Assembly (NCBI GenBank): GCA_051362555.1
Contig: CM120643.1
Coordinates: forward strand, 29,888,848-29,952,847
Origin: Lingula anatina
Lineage: Eukaryota; Animalia; Brachiopoda
Direction: 5' to 3'
DNA length: 64,000 nucleotides
Part shown: positions 49,601 to 61,700 of the stretch, piece by piece
How positions within the stretch are numbered: position 1 is the first letter of the stretch
How the letters are laid out: every line of letters begins with the position of its first letter
The notes under the pieces: generated by a model
Database searches by the model: none
Told to the model about the DNA's origin: nothing
The model's input: only the letters and a program-made list of their open reading frames with translations
Made by a program: the position numbers and the translations under genes

Positions 49601-52600
49601 ATAAGCTTACAAATTTGCAAAAAAAAATTGCGTACTGACGCAGAATTTGCGTTTCAAGTTATAAAATAATCAATCTTTTAAATTCTTTAATATTTCAGAT
49701 GAAATAATCTTCAGAAACAAATCCTCAAAGCATAAACGAATTAGGATAACGAACCATTTTATTATAGCAGTTCCCATTTTTTCTTTAATATAACGCTCTT
49801 TTTCCTGTTTTTCCTCAACACGTTTTCTTCCACAGAAGCTTCAAGATACCCTGAGAGCAATTTCTTTTATTAATGTTCGCGACCGTGTTTGAACTTAATT
49901 GTTTAAGTATTGATATTTAACGTCATTTACAAATACCAATAAAATAACCCCATTAAATGAGATATATTGAAAAATATGAAAGCCCACCAAGACGAGTTTC
50001 ATACCTGTTATTACCTGGCTTGGGAATTGCAGCGGTGCATAATTAACAGGTTTGTTGTAAACGAGCTTTTGGTCAACTACAATGCATTTAAAATGCATCA
50101 GCAATCAGTAAGTTTGCCAACTGATGACAGTTAATCTGAAAGACTACCAGCTCTTGATATGATCTAAACCACCTGAGGTGACCATGATCTAGAGCATCGC
50201 AACTATTGTCACCGAAGTTAGTAAGTAAGTCACGGAAGACCGTCACAGACAAAGAAAGACTGTCAACGAGAGCTGCAATTTTGGTGAATCCCACGGCAAC
50301 ACACCGAGGCATAACGAAAATTCCTCAACTCCGTTCAACACAACTTTCCTTAACTTCTCCGTCTGTATGCACCTGCAGCTCAGTTGAGTCTCATAGACCT
50401 TTATCGTGATTGTCGTCACAGTACCACGTGACCCAGATCTGTTGCTTCATTTTTGCATATTGAGGTGAGGTTTACTAAAACGCTTTTCTTCTACTAATAG
50501 ATTGTTTTTATAATTTTTAAATGGCGGGGATCGATTAAAACATACCTCTAGTGTATAGATTGAGTGCTGTATCTTCAAAATTCCAGAAATGGATTTTTAC
50601 ATGAACATTGTCCTTTAAGAATTTCTTGAATTGAAGGTAATCATGCCTATTTTTTTAAACATACCAGTTTTCCTCAAGTGATACTCCAGCAGGTTGAGGA
50701 GGAATGTTTTCCCCACTCCCCAACTGCCCTGTATCCCCACTGTCACTGGCATGGACAACTTTCTGTCTCTCAGCACTTCACTCAGTACCTAGTATACAAA
50801 AGAACATATTAATGACTCTAGCATGAAAGAGACTTGGGACAAAGAAAAACACACACACACAAAAGAATATGAAAATACACAAACAAAGAGAAACGAATAT
50901 GAACACAAGGAGAACACAATGAGAGCCCAAGGAGAGCGCAACTAAAGCACTTCACCTGTCACATTCTCCCTCCACATCAAGAAATGGTGTCCTCAACATC
51001 ACAAAAACACCAGAGGTAATCTTAGAAATGACCCTTGAGGCACAGTTCAATTGATCAAAATAAATTGAGGAAAATACAGAGAAAAATACAAGACATTACA
51101 CAAGATAAATATTTACATATATACAGTTGGAACATGCATCATAATATTAATTCAAGCATACCTTTAAACAAATACCAACTGGTCTTCTCCACTGACATTG
51201 ACCATTAGGTCAATATAATCCCTTAACATCTTCCCTTTAAAAGTGGGAAGTGCAACTCTACATCCAGGTGACAGAGTTTTAGTAAAAACTGTAGCATTCA
51301 AGGAAGGGGGAAGACACAAATTGGCCGACAGGTGGCAAGATGAAGTTTTCACTGTTTTATCCCAACCTAACAAAGAAATCCCAGCATATCAAGTCCGGAG
51401 GGAAGGTGGAAAACAAGTCAAAGTATTACACCAAACTTACTGTTACCAATATCGTCATCAATGTCTGAGTCAAATAGCTGTGTTAATCCAAAGAAAAACT
51501 AGAGGATCAGAGAGGCGATACCGCCTCCGAATATTGTACCACCAGCTGGAGCAAGCGCATTCGTATAGACCCCCACATACACAAAATAAGGGACACAGCC
51601 ACCAGTTTTGTGCTTGACAAGCTGTTAAAATGCAATCAACAAAAATTTTTAAACTTTTGCAAAAAATATATATGGTACAATCAAATTTAAGTTCTTCGTA
51701 AGATAGGTCAAGGGTCAATTTCAAGGTCACAGTAAATTGCCAGTATATGACTTCCTATTCAAGTTCAAGAGTAACTATGGACCTATCTCTGCCAGTTTTG
51801 GAGACAAAAGGAAAGCAAAATTTGCAAAGTTCAGTTCATGGTGAAAAGTAGGTCAAAGGTCAATTTTAAGGTCACATTTAGATTGCCAGTATATGACTTT
51901 CTATTCAAGTTCAATAGTAACTACGGACCTATCTCAGCCAGTTTTGGAGATAAAAGAAAAGCAAAATTTGCAAAATTCAGTTCATGGTGTAAAGTAGGTC
52001 AAAGGTCAATTTTAAGGTCACATTTAGATTGCCAGTATATGACTTCCTATTCAAGTTCAATAGTAACTATGGACCTAACTCTGCCAGTTTTGGAGATAAA
52101 AGGGAAGAAAAATTTGCAAAGTTCAGTTCATGGTGAAAAGTAGGTCAAAGGTCAATTTTAAGATCACATTTAGATTGCCAGTATATGACTTCCTATTCAA
52201 GTTCAATAGTAACTACGGACCTATCTCTGCCAGTTTTAGAGATAAAAGGAAAGCAAAATTTGCAAAGTTCAATTCGTGGTGAAAAGTAGGTCAAAGGTCA
52301 ATTTTAAGGTCACATTTAGATTGCCAGTATATGACTTCCTATTCAAGTTCAATAGTAACTACGGACCTATCTCTGCCAGTTTTGGAGATAAAAGGAAAGC
52401 AAAATTTGCAAAGTTCAATTCATGGTGAAAAGTAGGTCAAAAGTCAATTTTAAGGTCACATATAGATTGCCAGTATATGACTTCCTATTCAAGTTCAATA
52501 GTAACTACGGACCTATCTCTGCCAGTTTTGGAGATAAAAGGAAAGCAAAATTTGCAAAGTTCAATTCATGGTGAAAAGTAGGTCAAAGGTCAATTTCAAG

Positions 52601-55600
52601 GTCACATTTAGATTGCCAGTATATGACTTTCTATTCAAGTTCAATAGTAACTACGGACCTATCTCAGCCAGTTTTGGAGATAAAAGAAAAGCAAAATTTG
52701 CAAAGTTCAGTTCATGGTGTAAAGTAGGTCAAAGGTCAATTTCAAGGTCACATTTAGATTGCCAGTATATGACTTTCTATTCAAGTTCAAGAGTAACTAT
52801 GGACCTATCTCAGCCAGTTTTGGAGATAAAAGGGAAGCAAAATTTGCAAAGTTCAGTTCATGGTGAAAAGTAGGTCAAAGGTTAATTTTAAGATCACATT
52901 TAGATTGCCAGTATATGACTTCCTATTCAAGTTCAATAGTAACTATGGACCTATCTCTGCCAGTTTTGGAGATAAAAGGGAAGCAAAATTTGCAAAGTTC
53001 AGTTCATGGTGAAAAGTAGGTCAAAGGTCAATTTCAAGGTCACAGTAAGATAGCCAGTATATGACTTCCTATTCAACTTCAATAGTAACTATGGACCTAT
53101 CTCTGCCAGTTTTGGAGATATAAGGGACTAAATGTTATAATTTTGGAGTTACCATAATGTGCCTTAAATTTCGTACAGAAAAAATTAATCAAAATAGAGA
53201 AAATGTCATTTTGGTCAAAATTCTTGAAATAGGAGGTGCTCTGAAGTTTCAGAAGTTCAAATTTGATGAAATAATGTCATTTTTGAACACAAGTTGTCTG
53301 CTTTGCCAAGCCTTATGTATTATTTTTCCAGAGTTCAAAATTTATTATCCATTACCGTACTGCACATTTTGCTTTTACCACCAATATGTACTTTTTGATA
53401 CAGCGTAACTCAAAAACCGTATGGAATACAAAAAAACCGAGACCACCTCCAGTGTTGGGCTTTACATGCACTACAAAATGCAAAAAAGAATGGGTCTCTA
53501 GCATTAACGGTTCCCGAATTAGAGACAGTTTTCAGTTTCGGTATCTTATGGCCGCTACTCCCGTGAAAATGCACCGATTGACCCCAAATTCATGGAGATG
53601 AAAGATGACCTGAAGGGTAACACTTTCCAATAATATTATTGGTTAAGTCTGTGTAGTGTCTGAATAACAGGGCAAAAAAAAATTTTTTCATAAAAAATTT
53701 CATTTTTTTGAAAATTTTGGCCCATTTGACCTTGAAGTAAAGGTCAAAGGTCAAATCCAAGGGTATATTTGAAATCTACACATATGACTTTTGGAAAGCC
53801 GTCTATAGAAATTTTTCCCATAACTCCTTCCGTAGGGTAGATAATTAGCATTTAATTTTGCCATTTTTAGACAAGGGTGCATTGTAATGAGTGCCACACC
53901 CAGACCCCAATACCGACAAAGCCCAAATTTTACGTGGAACGAGTTGAGATTATAGGTGACCTAAATCCATGAGATGGGTACGGGGGCCCTTACCGTCTAG
54001 GAGGAGAAGCGGTAACGGTAGCCGTCCGGCGGAGCCGGCGGAGCTGGTGGAGCCGGCGGAACGATCCGGACGGGACCGAAACCATGTGTACCGCCAGCGC
54101 TAACGCTGGTGGTACAATAAAACCCGTACATGCAAGAGTAAATGTATCAATAAGAATGATTCAGACAGTGAGGATGAAGATCAATTTGATGTTGATACCA
54201 TTTTACCTGGAAAGGTAGAAAGTATAATTGAACGTGAATATGACATAGAGAAATGTACAGAAAATATTGATGAGTATGAAAGTGAGGGTGATGTACATGT
54301 TGAGGAAGGGAATGAAAGAATTTCTCACATTGGTGAAGCTGTGTGCACAGGTGATTAGAGTAGCGAGAAGATTCCCATATTGAGGAGATCAAAAAGAACC
54401 AGAAGGAAACCTGTGTAGACGACTTATGTGTATATTATGGAACTACACGTAAGTTTAAGTGAGTTGACAGAGAAACAAGGGGACATATTACCATCAGTAG
54501 ATGTGTATGAAATGTTTTTTTCAGCAAGGCAAAAGCCTAATGAAAATATGACACTGTGGGCTAGTAGGTTGGAAAAACTTATTAGTTCTACAGAACTTGA
54601 TTCGCCTAGTATGTGTAATCAAATGTTGCAAAATAAATTCTACAGGGGGTTAGTGTCATCTGACATGAAAAATGGATTGAGACACAGATTTGACAATGGT
54701 GAGTGTTTTGAATGTTTATTGACCGCTGTGCAGTGCTGGAGCAAGAACGCAGTAGAGTTAGAATTGCTCAACATCTTCTTCATATTGTTGTCCCGCCAGA
54801 GACGGCTGAACCTGACAAAAATGGAAGAAGTACTTAAACTTTTTAGATAAAATGAATGAGAGATTAGAGAAATTAGAAAACAAGGCAGCAAAGCTGTCAA
54901 ATGTACAGACAAAAAAAAACAGAAAATAAAGATGCAAAATAGGTCATTTTGTCAATTTTGATGCAATAATAAATAATGCTTATAATAGCACTGTCAGTCA
55001 ACACTGAATTTTAATCATGCACAACAGGTAACATGGTCAATAACAGGAGCGGACCCTGAGATATTTTCTGACAGTATTCCAAAGTATCTATGTTGATTCA
55101 TCCTCCATTTTGATGGTCTTCCAACAGAAAAAAATAGATACTAGTCAATATAAACTTAATAACCTGTCTTCCAGAAGACCCAGAAGATGGTCTCAATCCA
55201 CCCCTTCAATAAGATTACAGTTTCAGGGCCATGAGAGACCAAAGTCACATGATGAAAGTCTCAATATTTGAAAAATGATGACAGTGCATAAAATAATATT
55301 ATATAATGTTTAAAGACATAAAAAACAATACAATTGCTTATGTGGAAATACAGAAAATGTGCAGAGCCTCGAGCGGATGAGAGTTAAAAGTCACAAATGC
55401 AAGTGTTTGAGAAAAAATTGTAAAGGAAAACATAACAAAACTAGAAAACCACTGAGAGTGCAGACCTCTGCCAAGGCAGCAATTGTTGATTATTATTGAT
55501 TATTGATTGATTATTGAGCCAGACCACCACTAAAAACTAATCATTGTCCTCTTTGGCCCAATTCTGACAGTTCCTGAAAATTTTAACAAAATCGGTCCAT

Positions 55601-55714
55601 AACTTTTTGAGTTATGTTGATGACAGACAAACAGGGGTGAAAATATAGCCTCCTTGGCAGAGCCTGAGGTAAATATAATTTCAATGAAGCTGCAATTCAA
55701 ACTTTTAATCTTTG

Positions 55715-55793
<79 letters not shown>

Positions 55794-58700
55794 ACCTGCA
55801 TAATTATCACTGCTTCCTTATTATTAATCTAGCAGAGCTTAACTTTTGGGAGTTTACAAGGAAATATCAACAAGTGTGCTTTATGTAATCTCCTTTAATG
55901 GCCTATCAATTAGGCAAATGACTTTATAACTCAGAAATTAGGCTAAGTGATACCCAAGGGATATTAACAGACTGACCCTCTCAAAGGTCTTTCAGGCCCA
56001 TAAGTCACATCTTAAGAAAAGCACAAAACAATAATGCACAAAATAGGAGACTACCAATTCTGATGCAATAATACATTATGTTTTACTGCACAGTCAACAT
56101 CAAATTTTAATTATGCACAACAGGTAACAACGACGAAAGTAAAAGCATAAGGCTTCAGGCCCATCAGAGTTCAAGTTTATACTTAGAAAGTGCCAGAATG
56201 AGAAAAATGAAAATTTCACACAAAATTGCATAAATTCAATAATAAATGATAACCCAATTGACCTGGCTTTCTAATTTGAACTGCATGCCTATTGATGCAA
56301 CATTACATAATGCTTAACAGCATAATGACCATCAATTTTTAATAATAGAATATTAGTAACATGGACATTCAGAAAACGTGACAAGCAAAGGTCTTCATGA
56401 TCATGGAACTTCAAAGTCACACCTTGAAAATGCCAATAAGTGAAAAATAAAATTTTCACAAAAAACTGTTTAACTGCCAGAAAAAATTACCAAACAGACT
56501 GCATTGCCTACTGAAGCTGTATTTTAGCCCCATGTTTCTTTCCTGTAAGTTTGAAAACAGTAAGTGACATGGTTTTTCTTAAATGGTCATCATGGGAGCA
56601 GTGCCCAAAATAGGGGTTTCTTCAAATTTTGATGCAATATTACATAATGTTTAACAGCATAATGACCATCAATTTTTCATAATAGAATATCAGTCACATG
56701 ATTATTAAGAAAACGTGACCAGCAAAGGTCTGCAGGCTCATGGAACTTCAAAGTCACACGCTGAAAATGCCAATATGTGAAAAATTAAATTTTTACAAAA
56801 AACTGTTTAACTGCCAGAAAAAATTACCAAACAGACTGCATTGCCTACTGAAGCTGTATTTTAGCCCTATGTTTCTTTCCTGTAAGTTTGAAAACAGTAA
56901 GTGACATGGTTTTTCTTAAATGGTCATCATGGGAGCAGTGCCTAAAATAGGGGTTTCTTCAAATTTTGATGCAACATTACATAATGTTTAACAGCATAAT
57001 GACCATCAATTTTTAATCATAAAATATAAGTATCATGCATATTCAGAAAATGTGACTAGCAAAGGTCTGCAGGCTCATGGAACCTCAAAGTCACATCTTA
57101 AAAATGCCAAAATGTAAACAAGACAGCACTGTTCTGAAATGGGTTTATTTCCATTTTTAACATTTTTTAACATAAAACAAAATAAACAGTTTGTTGCCAT
57201 TTTTATATGACCAACTAAGAAAATTGATGAGATGGGAAAAATATCAATAGAACAGTGTTAAATGTCCAATTTCCTTCATTCTGAGATTCTGAACATAGTG
57301 GATGATTGAATCTGACAAACTGCTGATATGAGTTTATTTCCATTTTTGACACTTTATTACACAATACATGAAAACAAGTTTACCATAATTTTTACATAAT
57401 CAATTAACAATGTTGTAAAGATGCAGGAAATATCAAACAAACACTTTAACGTATCTTATTAGTTAAATAATGAGACTGTTAACATGCCTAAGAATTGAAT
57501 CTGAGGAAATGTGAAAAAACAGCATAACTTTTAAAATAAAGGCCCGATTATGCTGATTTTCGAACTCAACCTGCGTTTTAGTTAGTTTGACTACTCCTGT
57601 GAGTATAATGACAATTGGCCTATCTGTTTTTCTTATATTGTGTTATCAGTGTTGTATATATGTTGAAAAAAGTGAAAAAACAGCATAAATTCCCTGGAAA
57701 TGACCCGCTCATGCTGATTTTCGAACTTGACCTGCAGATTATGAATATTCAACAGTTTTGTAAGTTTCAAGCCAAAAAGTAAAATGATTTTCCACTTATC
57801 GTGTTATCGGTGCTGCATATATGCTGAAAAAAGTGAAAAAACAGCATAACTTCCCTAAAAATGACCCAATCACGCTGATTTTCGAACTTGACCTGCGTAT
57901 TATGAATATTTATCAGTTCTGTAAGTTTCAAGCCGAAAGCAAAAACGGTTTTCCACTTATCGTGTTATCGGTAAAAGTGCACGACGGCAACGACGGTGAC
58001 GACAGACGCAGATGATGGCTATATGTACAGACACATCTGTGTCTGTACATAAAAAGCAAGGAAGAGTGGAACGTACGTGAGAAGAGAGCTTGTTTTACCT
58101 ATGGTGACACAGGTCGCATTAAAAGAAATTGACAGAAACGTTTAAACTAAATCAAACCCAACTCGAGAGGCGGATATTGGGTAAGAAAACACAAAGTCCC
58201 ATGAATAGACTGATTGGTCCTTCAAATGAGATGGATGTTGTGATTGGTGGTGTGAAATGTCAAGCATTGTGGGATACGGGTTCTATGGTGTCTACCATTT
58301 CAGAGTCATTTTTCAGAAACTCTTTGCACCGCAATGAACTGTTCCCTGTAAATGACTTACTGACTGTTCAAGGAGCCAATGGCTCTTCACTATTGTATAC
58401 TGGCTACACTGACGCTCATCTTGAAATCAATCAAGATTATTCTCACGTACCAAATTCTCCAATTTCAGTTCCAGCCTTGTTTCTCATAGTCCCTGACACA
58501 GAGTATAATGCCAGAATACCAGTCATCATCGTCACCAATGTCATGAATAGAGTTACAGGTTTGAAGTCTCTACTTAAAAGTAACGTGGTGCACTCTACCA
58601 AGTCATTTATAATAAAGCCAAACCAATCATTAGTCATACATGGCTTCCTGAGAGAGCCCCAGGGTAGTAAATTCCCTGTTGTAGTTGAACCATCTCCCAG

Positions 58701-61700
58701 CCTTTCAGGTGGTCTACTGTTGGAACCTAGTCTGATTGAGTTGAATGGACATTTCCAATGTTAGTCAGAAAAGTGTGTGTGTGCCTGCAAAGTGCGCAAC
58801 TGCTCAAGTCAGTGATGTTTGTCACATTGGTATGTTAGATTCACCAGTTGAAATATCTAGCCATTCTTAGACAAATGATCTTGAGAAAATCTTCCCAGAC
58901 GAGCCCCCAAATGCCAAAGCGATCAGTTTTATATGCTTTATTGAACAACAAAAGAGTCAGGTCTGAAAATGTAAAGAATTGTCTCATTTCAAGACAACAA
59001 ACTGGACAAGAAAGACCAAGTCTTTCCTATGGCGCGACTTGCGAACGACGCAAAAGAGATTTCGGACAAAGAAAAACACACACAAGAGAATACAAAAATT
59101 ATATGAAAGAAAGACAAATGAATACGAACACAAGGATGACACAATGAGAGCCCAAGGAGAGTGCAACTAAATCACTTCACCTGTTAGTTGTCACTTTAAC
59201 TTTCTGTCTCTCAGCACTTCACTCAGTACCTAGTATACAAAAGAACATAACTTTCTGTCTCTCAGCACTTCACTCAGTACCTAGTATACAACTCAACACC
59301 TGCCATATAGAAGAACAAAGACAACTTTTCTAAGCACTTCAAATAACTTTTTAAAATCTATAATTACAATATGACAACTGTTCTTTTTCTTACCTCTGCA
59401 TAGCGTTCATAATCCAAGGCGTCCTTCATTCCTCCATGGTCACTGATAACGCCGCCCACACTCTCGTACTTGTGGTCTGCAGACAAAGCAAACATTAAAT
59501 CAGTAAGACTCAGCTTATCATTACACAAAGAACACAAGAATATTGGGTCCAAGCTTAGATTTCCTGCAGATACCAGCTGACTCAATTACACCCAACCTTG
59601 GACCCTAGCTTAGATTTCCTGTAGATACCAGCTGAATGATTACACCCAACCTTGGACCCTAGCTTAGATTTCCTGTAGATACCAGCTGACTCAATTACAC
59701 CCAACCTTGGACCCTAGCTTAGATTTCCTGTAGATACCAGCTGAATGATTACACCCAACCTTGGACCCTAGCTTAGATTTCCTGTAGATACCAGCTGAAT
59801 GATTACACCCAACCTTGGACCCTAACTCACATTTCCTGTAGATACCAGCTGAATGATAACACCCAACCTTGGACCCTAGCTTAAATTTCCTGTAGATACC
59901 AGCTGAATGATTACACCCAACCTTGGACCCTAGCTTAGATTTCCTGTAGATACCAGATGAATGATTACACCCAACCTTGGACCCTAGCTTAGATTTCCTG
60001 TAGATACCAGCTGAATGATAATACCCAACCTTGGACCCTAGCTTAGATTTCCTGTAGATACCAGCTGAATGATTACACCCAACCTTGGACCCTAGCTTAG
60101 ATTTCCTGTAGATACCAGCTGAATGATTACACCAGCTGAATGATTACACCCAACCTTGGACCCTAGCTTAGATTTCCTGTAGATACCAGCTGAATGATTA
60201 CACCCAACCTTGGACCCTAGCTTAGATTTCCTGTAGATACCAGCTTAATGATTACACCCAACCTTGGACCCTAGCTTAGATTTCCTGTAGATACCAGCTG
60301 AATGATTACACTCAACCTTGGACCCTAGCTTAGATTTCCTGTAGATACCAGCTGAATGATAACACCCAACCTTGGACCCTAGCTTAGATTTCCTGTAGAT
60401 ACCAGCTGAATGATAACACCCAACCTTGGACCCTAGCTTAGATTTCCTGTAGATACCAGATGAATGATTACACCCAACCTTGGACCCTAGCTTAGATTTC
60501 CTGAAGATACCAGCTGAATGATAACACCCAACCTTGGACCCTAGCTTAGATTTCCTGTAGATAGCAGCTGAATGATTACACCCAACCTTGGACCCTAGCT
60601 TAGATTTCCTGTAGATACCAGCTGAATGATTACACCCAACCTTGGACCCTAGCTTAGATTTCCTGTAGATACCAGCTGAATGATTACACTCAACCTTGGA
60701 CCCTAGCTTAGATTTCCTGTAGATTCCAGCTTAATGATTACACCCAACCTTGGACCCTAGCTTAGATTTCCAGAAGATACCAGCTGAATGATTACACCAA
60801 ACCTTGGACCCTAGCTTAGATTTCCTGTAGATACCAGCTGAATGATTACACTCGACCTTGGACCCTAGCTTAGATTTCCTGTAGATTCCAGCTTAATGAT
60901 TACACCCGACCTTGGACCCTAGCTTAGATTTCCTGTAGATATCAGCTGAATGATTACACCCAACCTTGGACCCTAGCTCAGATTTCCTGTAGATACCAGC
61001 TGAATGATAACGCCCAACCTTGGACCCTAGCTTAGATTTCCTGGATGTAACACCTGGCAAAATTTAGCTAGCTGAATCAAAGTAGGTAGTAATGTGCTGA
61101 CCCCTATTGCCCATAGAAAGTGTTAGCTAGCAAATAGTTTTCTTTGATTGCTTTTTAACGACATTCCTGGAGGTGGCTTAAATTTCACTGCACATCTCAT
61201 TCCTTTGTCTGATCTAGAGAGGAGAAAACGTGTTTTCACAATACTAGCAGTTTTTTTACACCTTTTTGTACACCTTTGTGAAACCTGTCTGACCAGGAAT
61301 GTAAGTAAAATTGTTTTAATGTAATTTTTTTTTTTGTTTGTAACTAGAGAAATTAAGATGCGCTTAGTTAAGTGAATTGTTGTTTTTGGCTTGCCTTTGA
61401 GTTTAACGCTTACTGAGAAGCAGTTTGACCCACATTGATTTTAATTGATTTATCTACACTGTACTAGTTCTTTGCTGTGACATTTAATGGTTTTTATGAC
61501 ACACCTTGTCTTATGTGGTAGAATTTTTATAAGTAAAACATGTTTAAGGTTCAGTTAGATATTCTGAAGGAGTAATGCACCTCATGCTTTCTCTGCTGTC
61601 TCATGTTACACAAATTGTGCTAGTTGTATCAAAGATGTTGGGTGCCTGAATTGTGCCATATTGTGCTATTGCAGATTTCTCAATTACAGCATTCTAGATT

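Larger units (their letters stand above)
54877..58052 (-). mobile_element. HINE-like element family B copy 2
   Basis: Termini identical to 40094-44870; contains ~337-bp and 161-bp repeats; splits gag from the zinc knuckle. Confidence 0.82.
50813..59195 (-). mobile_element. Degenerate LTR retroelement: 5' LTR ~59195-58912, tRNA-Pro-like PBS 58909-58892, PPT ~50976-50964, deleted 3' LTR 50963-50813, TTAA TSD
   Basis: Homologous blocks 50837-50963 and 59064-59195; the minus strand reads CA-tt-TGGGGGCTCGTCTGGGAA and ggagggagaa-TGTGACA; ttaa at 50809-12 and 59196-99. Confidence 0.72.

Noticed and set aside
51838-52873. Duplicated 101-aa ORFs (MVKSRSKVNFK...)
   Set aside because: They are translations of the 146-bp satellite inside a non-autonomous element.
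35708-58052. All five HINE-like elements share one orientation
   Set aside because: With n=5 this is expected by chance 1 time in 16, and some copies are nested, so they are not independent.
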